DNA of 64,000 nt from IMG/VR virus record IMGVR_UViG_3300024344_003209, positions 35,224 to 99,223 of that record. One strand, written 5' to 3'. The position numbers were made by a program, and so were the translations under genes. The notes beneath the pieces were generated by a model. That model made no database searches. It worked only from the letters and a program-made list of their open reading frames with translations, and was not told where the DNA came from. Position 1 is the stretch's first letter; each line of letters starts with the position of its first letter. This DNA is from a virus. Positions 26,301-33,028 of this stretch are shown here, piece after piece.

Positions 26301-28412
26301 TTTAGCTTCTCTAACTATATCTTTTAATAAATTTAAATCTTTTTCAGGATTTTGCCCTGTAGCTAATATAGTTAATTCTCCTACGTAATTCTTTTCAAAA
26401 AATAAATTTGTTTTTCTTTCAAAGTCTTCTTTAGTTGATTTTAAATTTGATATTTTTATAGAGCCATCGCTAGCATCTATACCAAATAAATTAGCGTTTC
26501 TTAATATATTTCTACTCTCGTAATCATAATCAAGTATTTTAGTTTTTCCAACATCTCTATCTCCTAGCTCAGAAGCTGATTGGCCCAAACATAAAGAGTC
26601 TTCACTTATTCTTATTTGTTTTGGCTTTTGGTAATAATATTGCTCATCAGTATTAGCGTTAGAGTCAAATGTCCTGTATTCAGTCAAAGCGTAATGACTA
26701 TCTTCAGAGCCGTAGTTCTGACCACCTTGGTAAAAAGTTACCCTTGTCTCCCCGGCAGAGTAAAGAGCGTTGCCTTGTTCGGAATCTATCGAGTTATATC
26801 CTCCTTTAGGAACAGTAAGATACATCTCTCCTGAAGTATGTTCAGAGTAACCTATTCCACTAGATTCAAAACTAACAACTTCTTGAGGCTCTAAGGAATA
26901 AAAAATGCCAGAGTTAATAGTCGGGCCATAATACTCCTCTCTGACTTGATTAACAGAATCTTGTAAAGCCGGGATCATTTCGTCAACCTCGGCTATGCTA
27001 TTTCCATGAACGTCAATCTCTATTTCGTCGTAAGCTCCATCTTCCTTTATTCCAGTATTTAAAAATACCGAATCTCCAACAGAAACTGTACCAACCCCTA
27101 TGCTTCCATTACTAACTTGAGGTTTGGCATAATAAAGTTTCTTAGAAGATCTATCTTCTGGAACAAATTGATATTCTAGCTCATAAAAATTTTTATAATT
27201 ATTTTCCCCCGTAATAGATCCGCTTACACCAGTCGTACTAGGCGAAAACGCCATCTCTACAGTCCCCATTATGTCGTGCTGTTCGTTTAAGCCTTGGCTA
27301 AAAAAAGAAACCCCTTTTTGTGTTACCCTTAAGCTTTCTCCGCTTTTAAAAATTAAATCTTTAGTCTCTTGACCGAAGGTATAGTCTTTCTTTTCTGACT
27401 TGCCCCAGTCTTCTATAAGATCAACCTCAAAAAAATCTTTTTCAACAGTGTGAGTATCTTCAGCTGAGCCAGTCGGCACCACATCATAAACACCTTCGAT
27501 TTCAAAATCTATATTTTTAGTAACTGTATCAGAAAATATTTCAGAGTCTTTGTATGGAAACGTAGCAGCAGTATCTATAATCTCCCAAGTTGCAGGATTG
27601 TCCTGTGTTAAGTTACTTTCTCTGGTGACTTTTCTCTCTATAGTATATGCCTTGCCCGGATCAGCCGGATGATTAATTACTCTAGGTTCCTTAAGATGAC
27701 TGTCATCTTTAGCGACTTCAACAAGACCACTATCTAAAATTTTGTACTCTGTGAAAAGCTCATTTGTCCAACCAGAAAAACCAGACTCTCCTATATCTAT
27801 GAATCTTCTAGCTACATTTGCTTCCTCATCTATACCTACAGCGTGAATGTCTTCACTACTAAACTCATGAACCTTATTCCAGCCCGACTGTATTTCTGTA
27901 AGTTTATCGTTCTGCTTTTGAACTGCTGATGTTTTCCTATAAACATACCAGCCTTTTTTATTAGAATCTCCTTGAGGCGGTATCTCACCAATAGGATAAA
28001 CCACAGCAGGAGGATCTGCGGTAACAAAATCTTTGTCATTTAAATTCACCGGATAGACAGTGTAAGTCTTCTCGTCATCCGATAATATGCATTTTTCTAA
28101 AAAAAGTAAAGTCTCAGGTATCTTTCCGTCTTTATACTCGCTATTAATAGAAAGCCCTGATACGTTAATATCTGAATTAACTACATCATTTAAAAGTATT
28201 TCTTGCTCTTCATAAAATTTACCAGAAGTATTTACTCTTGCGTTATATTCACTATCTGTTTCTGAAGAGAGCTTAGAAGCTTCTGAAAAGTAAGGCTCAA
28301 AGGTTGTTAGACCAGCAAGACGCAGTCTGTAATTAGTTTTAGGATAGTTTTCCCCAATTGTTTCATTAGGAAAAAACTTTTCTATAAATTTTTTATTAAA
28401 TTCGTTGGCCAT
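11346..28412 (-). CDS. Giant (~5690 aa) virion structural protein, probably tail tip/baseplate, with a LamG domain
   Basis: 17-kb uninterrupted beta-rich ORF; LamG-like FSLDFWIKP..WHHVA..LFVDG..IG..F.G.L.NIRLY at ~24975-25400. ATG 28412 is preferred over TTG 28415. Confidence 0.75.
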   Translation of the reverse strand: MANEFNKKFIEKFFPNETIGENYPKTNYRLRLAGLTTFEPYFSEASKLSSETDSEYNARVNTSGKFYEEQEILLNDVVNSDINVSGLSINSEYKDGKIPETLLFLEKCILSDDEKTYTVYPVNLNDKDFVTADPPAVVYPIGEIPPQGDSNKKGWYVYRKTSAVQKQNDKLTEIQSGWNKVHEFSSEDIHAVGIDEEANVARRFIDIGESGFSGWTNELFTEYKILDSGLVEVAKDDSHLKEPRVINHPADPGKAYTIERKVTRESNLTQDNPATWEIIDTAATFPYKDSEIFSDTVTKNIDFEIEGVYDVVPTGSAEDTHTVEKDFFEVDLIEDWGKSEKKDYTFGQETKDLIFKSGESLRVTQKGVSFFSQGLNEQHDIMGTVEMAFSPSTTGVSGSITGENNYKNFYELEYQFVPEDRSSKKLYYAKPQVSNGSIGVGTVSVGDSVFLNTGIKEDGAYDEIEIDVHGNSIAEVDEMIPALQDSVNQVREEYYGPTINSGIFYSLEPQEVVSFESSGIGYSEHTSGEMYLTVPKGGYNSIDSEQGNALYSAGETRVTFYQGGQNYGSEDSHYALTEYRTFDSNANTDEQYYYQKPKQIRISEDSLCLGQSASELGDRDVGKTKILDYDYESRNILRNANLFGIDASDGSIKISNLKSTKEDFERKTNLFFEKNYVGELTILATGQNPEKDLNLLKDIVREAKASELGDSTVFYLERDIYIDSDNSTQANNYSPSVFSSKQGQALSPFSINPSTRNPEALGEEKLYMTQVYQKPHISQQVFPFKDPSYFLLNNEVRDEFHYSNNSNYEITDIDLVNTDSVYTYQPDNFRCSLVNNRVSRANEAIGVLSYDGISVTGEGNASDPLTFAGSTAGERSITIKNPTAGVYYEIQAKDGTSDWSQVCPALEALDSSSLTVNLKNSTFNNPSSNLKIRALEWTKSRITTNKTNIRTVNESADSLILKSKASNSIYDWSKFEHKIDNVNEDDSNNPHVTTTSDTVSGTSVQAMVFDAGDKLDLGSHRSFNILKGNFSLDFWIKPNGSQDKKIITKSGVIEVSMKPNHVLEFKISGQDAITWSALTNDTWHHVAISATFNKSTKQIDLKLFVDGKEKTNNAFEFNDLEAKNNKSLVIGDGFIGRLYNIRLYVGKSNEINGTFAKPSPPVLEKEANPRSYKLLRFLSRREVVPGNWITNKNSFNNVAPPNEYKENTNEEDTYHMGEWLASSSESDNLSVSSSRAMINYIRGYAYQAPNNPHINKNYEGSPITSISDIDRIRFESYKYKDGAKDAKKDFLAAPYLYEDVAGEDIGFIRSNIKGGNYITSRDDIDRRAFSAGSRLRITKYVYKIYTKNAVLIGDLGTKDSYSSQRGWDYELQYSLNSGTTWSDVEPTSTSVEQRIFYNNDYTENRADSFNNIQVVNSIPYILMRTDITRKYRPEEIEFRIKKKQNIELENDLTKVIKKINFLPLDVTMPTSQTLVNITQQASDTVIDSAGDAVVTLDPTREYYLIKNTSENIYKDLVSELKIETLQTNVDGDVVSSESSLTSKPISLAGLTGVRIRKNGGFSSSLSNINTVLGPKPSGLLLTRKEDSYLGTQRDAELFGLPAEETRAFVTPSITGSHFDELKDNNDKIINFSCSSATTGDGGTSTLTSVSSLTFSPVDNFYNPPIITSNLIATEDDKGKTFIVSGASVANTASSNPVGSIPADVLNITANDGSVETPIPVATITDTNDPVVVEDCSKVTIAGGSTNKVINLSTSSLSVTNGSVDSNAIIMEHDKIKLTNDDANITGVIDCSADLILPNNLSNSQHITFLNATNYETKVLAENSSHTVNSKLTDYIPPKAARKFTYNNNNWAASDIEVVSYNQLNLTSSHFASAGNTIVHNEDVDIKITGTIASGRYVNVVRNQIENFNIEGSREDWITPVMRIFINGVLKYTAPSNSLGTRIKFNGSDFEFKDIKPIVFNEVSVSNEDFQGVYSYSGQGGSIDFKFASDRYDSNFEIFVTSKKDVDEDVLIGLSSDDESVKFVDKYGDEIGFYYNTPLSKERVISIRSKNQFTFVIEELDQSDRYKFDQPSSTGEKVIVNRSEDLGLELPTINDNTYDHPFDLVFCNLAKTRAKASLPAESSSRDVLLDISEVAEFSSTNFLYDKSERKETDYNNFVYTNKTQNHSQDLSDGDFVVLDGSVDNVYLESAIKKDIYTKKEHKYSQKNMETMFNAEGEFIEYLSFSTNKFNFKNHGLTTYQKLTFNCEKVIVADHYYAGDPDDYHNQTSPQNPQGFSDGDSVLCYLSGAYYFTYYRGADYKLIKTNFDYPYSFSDVLGLNTSSRKLVAGDVEVNRLFAYIKGTTKMYDFFGNKTGLSTETATEFSLTISADDDSSESRKQTYFVKVLDGNNIELYLDSALSTNERLEKEDSRLTDTFYVNNIDTSSLDIVNNAPAEAIKTFSDNVQLIESLEINKTASLQQHYSNVYTSGSSTPSGVHYVTGYTEDGSTDTCSVESLQGKDTVFLSGKFHAKADLSDSNFDGDYYINAGLSKVAISNTNNNAKYEIKKNRVAKHTSGGTFVEQDQNSTVANASDIIYYPKNELHVLDRKYLSKADDSGLEHNFIFFKPDEHSDDLKIVLPNNWANLEDLVGSNGGKVAVVNLHDRPVRVENFNNTTGFTLNSDSVAFINDKNNYGDPTNHTLFNVNEVNGYTFDIDEDSKIAKVTKGSTAEFFIMKPGDIIIDHSIHHNKKILVDGDINFLRPYVSSNIGDDYGKAAYDENTKFFISNISKEPINVNINYESADSYGIENLTSEGKLHSSKFYTAELAQFAFDDDSGEYFTYIEIEQDTDPANTSDDFVYSSADLNSEKKYNIFGIQCPITIGFYYEGLSVADSKKINDYLVLPDETDFSHADESIYKIMGVGEEGLVKLNLVNTVYEDVSVTAKGYDGNGGAESAVLSSHLQSFINEKIIPSRGAYRSFTHSGGRFDKYYDQDLTPALLPKNKALQFSVAELLSPNFSAYNDTGFSAFYINGDINLGDIGEKSEVEVYQSNLVNVDLRDAKLLKIKESKALFSDSSVDGEQKNRAIISVADNTNISLPRRKLITRDFDFIIINGSRDSIQITSPEGSAVFNTTLASGKFIKISYASNAFASSGPSDCTVVERGIYRKDLKAFTVTRQSSSFIINNEIPQTNIINNSGANLGLKLIGSSQTLQVDKDKHMLVSSAALVLKNKDNVHRLIKQIKDGTVNLDKGLYEKQAILFNDQVIRSFSVPQFFSADFIPFISSDTVDQDRKSGIPSVISMSFNGFSIMDAASSVKNIPAVGPISFSVANNGSTSFDLVDIGCRLDEFRLSQANDKILLPKKNFDYILDKSANISLSLYNRFDIEGNLKDTNVYKFNLEGTVDYDADEDTYRFASLSGKNLYNITQAGEAAVGNITKKQSYVDLIRYLYNEDILDEERTFLRRFYCGKSLYANKSIVFKDPFEVEGTIQSGTVFLNVSGNDCLKEGLDLQLSKNSYVVGSWGAGTKLVRPKYSITPNASKVFILTHNADVEVASVDNLKIANISNGEINVKYSESNEEDELINYSSPVYSCERADFTSSTDITYSEIRKQRREDWFIKLTDLDIPHLIEDPTYFDEKEWQMERTLEKRGINVQYEGARYKFSNIFNTNKNEPKEGQTGFQTIEDYNDAYKFGVTFFSNQRGVKRDVFFKKDISSMTSPMYLKIPWDMKQDIIAYGLNTGHERITKCSHFNERTGEITLSGFKPDRYHSFESEEVFDYDFVYDLNNIEIDNFSRLFNKKEYEQKDYSEEVTLTYNGEVYGPGEKIKGVGLTEYKLNMPYHFDLKFSQYGVEDIDDSAEDASIKSDEKTDFAKIFQSKIDDPTSAVKSPAWSKVSLNEHRNNFLNAVVEEKVSSGAAYELIQGRKIKNIEGRYINEVDKKGGGLFVINEYEKGNWHHTRNFEFTIPLLEGTLASDYTIIQSGDEKITIEDKVEKVIRVRVNLVGYKNQRNQSNIESPAYEYKIKSSLKLNSAPHDLIRLSIEDKDSAPFAPDGVVRSLNEDFSSAISEEQSVKAMDRIKARYEQQSKEVRDADERLLPLDEYMKANQIEINQRNHKAHLSLKNNHGYSFVPFGVHSGPDPMVGFRFNLNRDKASYSSVRFRLKKLTNKKIVFNDLTKDAKIGTYLTNNTSKAKLRYILDSELESISYQDIARPGGVAKLNTFGGWNDIEATTDNGKTFIRLNNVDNGDAIVFKHDAGTSGPNKIKAGRVYFLRIFAVAADGEEKGSNLYEVLNVFDNDERNTDLTYDAVNIIDSAGFSGNKYKIVNYFNLQPQLDNKGRRVDGYRGQNPVINKIYDHGIDDTQYTSLNFPIIVNNKRFYLERPSYKDYSVGVSDEENEDSYESPNTAEAFATTSDNIYTQEGNVFSVRANLELSAVAEGLVSNESDLTGNNRDKTKARTSLIDLDENIYWHDLDIFASFKNILFRNNTTIDFVSIFNKEVRVVVKLTKGKEYRYILNGGNIEGEGDEAKILINGAEVSISGKKLDYFICENGEIEILYKYKDFNTETFFHFDAQDTEEFLFSDAKKDLLETLYTSIFITESAYYVDQIKKTTNDDTIAADYMDYQVPNLNNYNADSEHVLFTPSSFSYTENLDRLFSLDKKYELLRSTTTDHGLAYDGPLPATVKYIYPVLLDGGMELSFSLTEDHVKGFINGFEPPKDDGSSSFRNKPKSIRFNLQRLESGSWVQVSGKENLSIEIDDKQNFRVSLGASPSGSSGSSGSSGTAGSFTGTYRMAIKNETFQYYDEGVLKHFRRNELMRLPFDWRSVIRQSDIGESVDGIFSLDLAENHLIGNSISIPKEGVSLFGCHEYSRVADNYDINIPHERLYKYRLSHRLKASYVDKIAVGGISKVVIESGGSDYRVAPDIVIEDPEPKKGLLTKTSKAIAHIESGKVIYVEVSDSGAGYSDVSSEAGKQKVIDRAKGDIPFVFHSMVIQDSSFTHTFNLTNNSKLVNHDGQKNIILGARVSGTGVPSDTRVEKINSLTQFTLSKQATATQASSISIDYKERQMPYISLSEHKGVKTADVTVNNITEDTGECQENFGILADEAEALAEYVEESFGVDDSESAQAIADFKTTLTKYVNTLNAVSESDNWNTVEDIERKIKAREDSLNERNIEIKDTQSYAISTEDEYSDLQGTESSKHLGLYEADEREATQEISVTIKEDGSCEKEVFPEPTKPVLTAIVNNNSIAEYRVVKNEIANKSQPWLSSFSREQNPSLPKGFGINPTSPVTGEVFNNYVRTINNMRFLGAYVPVFAKVRKYRKYEYRYVEDMANMTFSPEDPSNAGEEIVRINESYQALTYEALSKQNFIDFYDHKEKKYKRAWFSGFKGLQGQVKSNITKATYDIEEFKTDQVFDANYIPKDIGLPNKVNIPEENGVFCFPASYGDVSGDSAGKVLTQEKGLDLPNLNKRRAFAFGGELVYTSEEYDITSETMDTDVSIVNIAGSEIIDTSYENEIIFGCQISGKPFWSTFLKTTIEWTEFEIVPSPSFLKSAVGEDGLGKIENINGTILQTRGICKNEKIGTVDKEQGYHSLCTDGDVRGGTGNVQSYEEYFGLADGDDIIGPSMQEFEFSSRERIDPSAGKQTFKIEPEFTQALAVYGTNKTEMIVRRSDGLFNQNFQAGPCVHKCSPFGRKVFMISDEQLRFDLMKNG

Positions 28413-28433
28413 CAAACCTTAAACCTTGCACTT

Positions 28434-28441
28434 AATTACAC
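28434..28441 (-). promoter_or_regulatory. Putative late promoter motif GTGTAATT
   Basis: Intergenic; the same motif precedes several structural genes. Confidence 0.6.
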
Positions 28442-28445
28442 TATT

Positions 28446-31400
28446 CTAAGAGGTTATCTCCCTAGGATCTACATAATCAAATAATGTTGGGTCCTCTTCT
28501 GAAGATCTTGATGCAATTTCGCTAAATTTCCAGTTAAGAGAGCTCGTCTGGTTGTATAAATCTAACTTTAGCGAATAAGGGTTAATGAACGCGCCACTCA
28601 TAGCCCTAAAATAAAAGTCCATTTGAGCATAAGGCTCAGTATCCAAAATAGCCCCATTTGGAACTCTAGGAATTAGCTTAAGGAAGTAAAACCTCGGATA
28701 ACAAGCTCCGAAAGGTCTATATCCGTCACCTTCGATAACCTCAGAATCAGAACCGTAATCGCCTACCATATTCCTCTTACAAGAATGTTTCCCGAAACTA
28801 TGGTGTAGATACTCTATTATGGCGTTCTCATCGGTCCTGTAAGGCTCTTTTTTAAGCAGGGACCGTGAGACACCCACCCAGCCTCTAGAACCCACTGAGA
28901 GCCTTCCTGTGCCCCGTAATGGCTTGTTTAGAGTCACTTTAACTATCTCGTAAGGCGTATGACCATTTATATCCCTAGAAGATGGGTTAAAATCTGATGC
29001 GCCAACTCTTGCTCGGCCACTATTACTCACAATCTCAGTCTTTGTGACTCTATAAGGCCTAGGTGTTACAGCAGGACAAGAGCTTAAATAATCAGCTCTA
29101 CCGTCTCCAGTCTCCGAATAAAGATTTACGTTACCCTGCTCTGGGTCATTTGTATTAAAAATATAATTAAAATTAGGAGAGCTTTTAGAAAGAAAAATTT
29201 GCATTTGGCCCGGAACATTCCAAGGTTTAACAGGAGTTCTCATTAACTCACTTCTTATCATGTCGTACTTATCTCCGTAGCTGTTCTCATACTCTTTAGA
29301 CCTATGATGACATCTATTATTCAAGAAGCCCATTATATCGTTATAAATACTAGGTTTGTAAATATTACTGTTAGCCCAATGATAATGAGAAGATGTCATA
29401 AACATAACCCAATCATTAGTGATTCTTTTAAGATTGTCTCCTGTTTTGCCTTCAGCTAAAGTGATCCCATCCAACTCAAAAGCGCCCTCGCACCAAGGTC
29501 TTGTTACTGTATTAGAGTCTAAATGATCTTTTTCATTTCCTATAAAAATTGAACCATGAGCACTACCCTTGCCGTAAGGTCTTCCTTCATAGTAAACACC
29601 AGTGCCTTTAGTGGAAACTACTTTATATTTTTTACCTTTTTGTATAGGTACGAACTTGCAGTGACCGGGATTCATAGGGTCAACAGTATTTTCATGAAAC
29701 CATCCCGCTGGATCGATGGAAGGCTCCATATTCCTTAATATAGTAGCTTTGTATCTTTTACTTAAACCCCAAGCGAATCTTTTAAAGTATAGCACTCCCT
29801 TTCCATTTTCAACTTTATAATTTACTATCTGCTGCCTATCAGCGAAACGCATGAAGCTACTTATAAATTTCCTCATAGACTCATATACAGGATTAGCTGA
29901 AACGAACTGAGATAAAGCAGGCACAGCCGAAGATCCATATATATTCATAGCGGACCCATACTTATAATAATTTCTAAATATCCTGTTGGATTCCGAAAAA
30001 TGGTGACCAACAACACCTACCCCGGGCTGGTCGCCTAATATAATGTTTGAAAAAACATTTGATCTATTCTGTTTGGCGGTAGCCACTCTTAGTAGAGCGT
30101 AAGCATCTTGGAAAGAAGGCTTTCTCTTTTGTAATATAGCTAAGTCAACTTTAGCCTTGAACACGTGCTCAGGTGGCGTAAGTTTTTCTACAACTAAAAC
30201 TTCAAAATTACAATGCCTCTTACCCTCAACGAACAACTCTTCATATATATTTGCTATTCCATCAAAAGAGGCAACGTCTTCGTCAAGTTTCGAAATTATG
30301 TTTGATACCCCTAACTCCTCATGTTTAGTCTTAACCAAAGAAGGTTGATTTAACCTATCGTCTTGTCTTCTAGAAAAATAAAGCTTATCCTTGTTTGAAC
30401 CTGACGTGCCAGAGCTGGCTTTTCTAACAAACAACACGTTACCGTCTTGCAAATGAAGAGTTCTTGTAGCAGGAAAAGACCCATCTTCATTTTTAGGGGG
30501 AAAAGTATTTAAATAGTTTATGTAAGCTGTATCTATTTGGGCCTGTGTTCTATCTCCATTAGGATTAAATTTTGAGTGAGTCTTAGGTAATGTATTATCC
30601 CACTTTAAGCATCTTACCCTTACTAAATCTCCGGTTTCAAAATTATTAGCAAAATCTACATTTTTTATATGAGAATTTTCATCTGGTATAGGTACAGATC
30701 CAAACAACGGGTTAGTAGTTCCGGCTCCGTGAGCAACAACACTTGGCCAAACACCTGCGTCTCTATCCACTTGGCTAGGATCAATAATTAAAAAATGTGT
30801 ATCGCTAACTGTAGCAGACCAAGGATTACCTAAAGGAATATATTTCTTAACCTCTCCTTCTCTGTCCTTAAAGTCAACATTGTTAACAACAGGGACAATT
30901 TGAAATCTAAATTTATGATTTTCTCCTTTTGGCTCCAAGCCTTCCTTGAAGTAAAACATTTTATTAAAAACGTATGCTGACCTTCCTGTACCTTTTCTAT
31001 TAACTCTATAAGAATGAGTATTAGTGATAATAGTTTCGTGAACTATTTTGCTTCCAGAAAATATTCTAAATTTAAACCTGCATTCTTTGTCTTCTATAGG
31101 GTTTGTTTCTAGATAATAACCAGCAATACAAGACTTTATATAGTTTGAAGTGCCTCTGCCGGATGTTGAATCAAAATTTAAATAATCCCTTCCCTGCCTG
31201 ACAGATTTATGACTATCGTAATCGCACTCAAAGACTCCAGTATTTTTTTTATTATAATCTGATAAATCTTTTTTAGAGAAGCCAATAATTTTACCATATC
31301 GACTCTGATCTTTATTTCTTTTATCCACAGATAATTCATGCATTATAAGATCGCTGTTGTAGACATGCGGTCTAGTACAATAAAGCATTGACTTTACAGT

Positions 31401-32603
31401 CTCTTTCTCAGTACCGTACATTATATTAGATTGATTATGTTTTATAAAATAAGAAAAGCTTACTCTATAAGGCTCAACTTTCATGTTACCTATTTCGTCT
31501 AATTCGTAATAACCTTTATGAGCTACTGTTCCGTCAGTAGCTTTAAATTTAGTAGGTATACCTAAGGCCGGGGCAAATACATTTTGCCTAGTGAAATATT
31601 TATAAAAGTCGAAACCAACTTTACATATATTCAAAGGCCCACTCCTATCCTCTCTGAAATTAGCTATAGAAAGCTTGTAACTGGTTGTAGACTGAAAATC
31701 AATAACCTTAGTTTGCCAAGACTTCTCCTCGCAAAACAAACTTCTTTGAACTTCTGAACCTCTAAAGTAATAAACGTAGCACCATAGCCCCCACTGCAGT
31801 AAATCCTTAGCAGCATTCTTTCTTTTTAAAACTCCATCTGGGGCTCTGTAGGCTTGCTGATATTTTATAAAATTACCTCCCTGTATAGCAGGGGGATATC
31901 TCATATATGAATAAGTGCTAGCGTACTCTTCAAAATACCTATCCGAAGAAACAGCTGCAGCCGTCAAACTAGTACTTAAAAAAGTGCTATCGTAAGGGTC
32001 CGGTAAGTATTTAGCCTCTACTCTTCTACCTGCCCCGAAAACAGAATAACCATCCCATTTTGTATCATATAACAAATCCATTCGGGCGTGATTCTCGTAT
32101 TTACTGTTTCTGCCTATAGCCCCTCTTTGTATATAAGCATCTTCCCAGTATTGCTGGTTACTAAGTATAGCTCTTGAAGAAGCTACTAGTCCGTCAAATG
32201 AATTACCTTCAGCCCAAGGGCCTTGCTTTGTTAAAATTTTATTTTCTGCTGTTTTTCTTCCAAATATAAAAGCATTGAGCGGGTTCAGTGTATTGGCTCC
32301 TTGAGGGTGCCCCGCTAAAGTAAGAGGCCAATTACCAGTGCCCGAAGCCGCCACAGGATACTCTATCGTCATGTATATTTTCCACCATTCATCTTCAGGG
32401 GGATTAACCCCTATAGGGAAGCTTGGTGTAGCTGTATTTCGCATACCGGTAAATATGCTATCAGCAAAATAAAATATCCTCCATAGACAATCAGGTCCAG
32501 ATCTAGTAAGCCTTAAATTTACTTGCCTAGCTAGCCTGTTATGATCTTCGTTATCTGGGCATTTTTTAGGGTCTGCCAAAGGTACACTAGAGAAAAATTC
32601 CAT
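28446..32603 (-). CDS. Large putative virion protein (1385 aa)
   Basis: Long ORF in the tail module; no recognised motif. Confidence 0.65.
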   Translation of the reverse strand: MEFFSSVPLADPKKCPDNEDHNRLARQVNLRLTRSGPDCLWRIFYFADSIFTGMRNTATPSFPIGVNPPEDEWWKIYMTIEYPVAASGTGNWPLTLAGHPQGANTLNPLNAFIFGRKTAENKILTKQGPWAEGNSFDGLVASSRAILSNQQYWEDAYIQRGAIGRNSKYENHARMDLLYDTKWDGYSVFGAGRRVEAKYLPDPYDSTFLSTSLTAAAVSSDRYFEEYASTYSYMRYPPAIQGGNFIKYQQAYRAPDGVLKRKNAAKDLLQWGLWCYVYYFRGSEVQRSLFCEEKSWQTKVIDFQSTTSYKLSIANFREDRSGPLNICKVGFDFYKYFTRQNVFAPALGIPTKFKATDGTVAHKGYYELDEIGNMKVEPYRVSFSYFIKHNQSNIMYGTEKETVKSMLYCTRPHVYNSDLIMHELSVDKRNKDQSRYGKIIGFSKKDLSDYNKKNTGVFECDYDSHKSVRQGRDYLNFDSTSGRGTSNYIKSCIAGYYLETNPIEDKECRFKFRIFSGSKIVHETIITNTHSYRVNRKGTGRSAYVFNKMFYFKEGLEPKGENHKFRFQIVPVVNNVDFKDREGEVKKYIPLGNPWSATVSDTHFLIIDPSQVDRDAGVWPSVVAHGAGTTNPLFGSVPIPDENSHIKNVDFANNFETGDLVRVRCLKWDNTLPKTHSKFNPNGDRTQAQIDTAYINYLNTFPPKNEDGSFPATRTLHLQDGNVLFVRKASSGTSGSNKDKLYFSRRQDDRLNQPSLVKTKHEELGVSNIISKLDEDVASFDGIANIYEELFVEGKRHCNFEVLVVEKLTPPEHVFKAKVDLAILQKRKPSFQDAYALLRVATAKQNRSNVFSNIILGDQPGVGVVGHHFSESNRIFRNYYKYGSAMNIYGSSAVPALSQFVSANPVYESMRKFISSFMRFADRQQIVNYKVENGKGVLYFKRFAWGLSKRYKATILRNMEPSIDPAGWFHENTVDPMNPGHCKFVPIQKGKKYKVVSTKGTGVYYEGRPYGKGSAHGSIFIGNEKDHLDSNTVTRPWCEGAFELDGITLAEGKTGDNLKRITNDWVMFMTSSHYHWANSNIYKPSIYNDIMGFLNNRCHHRSKEYENSYGDKYDMIRSELMRTPVKPWNVPGQMQIFLSKSSPNFNYIFNTNDPEQGNVNLYSETGDGRADYLSSCPAVTPRPYRVTKTEIVSNSGRARVGASDFNPSSRDINGHTPYEIVKVTLNKPLRGTGRLSVGSRGWVGVSRSLLKKEPYRTDENAIIEYLHHSFGKHSCKRNMVGDYGSDSEVIEGDGYRPFGACYPRFYFLKLIPRVPNGAILDTEPYAQMDFYFRAMSGAFINPYSLKLDLYNQTSSLNWKFSEIASRSSEEDPTLFDYVDPREITS

Positions 32604-32606
32604 TTT

Positions 32607-33023
32607 TTAACTCCATTTTGCGCAACCTTCTCCACCGTCTGCAGCTTCGGTATTTCCGCCCCTCCCTCTTCCTTCCACATTTATATCTATGAAAGCAAGA
32701 TCTTCCCCATGACCTGTCATCTTAACCTTTAGTCCGTCACCTTTCTTATAGGAAGGTTGGGCTACAAACTTCCAAGAAGAGCTAAAGAAAAAACTTGGTA
32801 TATTAACGTTGAAGTGAAGCCTAGGGTCGTTAGCTTGATTTCTCGTCGTAACATTAGGCTTAACTCTTAATTTTTTTATCGATACGTTTGACCAATCATC
32901 ATTATCTGGTATCTGCTCGTATTCATGGTCAAAGTAAATAGCTTTGTTACCGTCCATGTCCGCAGTCGCAACGCCTACAACAATTACGCTTTTTACATAT
33001 TCTCTTGGTGAATGTCCCGGCAT
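32607..33023 (-). CDS. Hypothetical protein (tail module)
   Basis: 138 aa, tightly packed between structural genes. Confidence 0.65.
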   Translation of the reverse strand: MPGHSPREYVKSVIVVGVATADMDGNKAIYFDHEYEQIPDNDDWSNVSIKKLRVKPNVTTRNQANDPRLHFNVNIPSFFFSSSWKFVAQPSYKKGDGLKVKMTGHGEDLAFIDINVEGRGRGGNTEAADGGEGCAKWS

Positions 33024-33028
33024 TTTAA

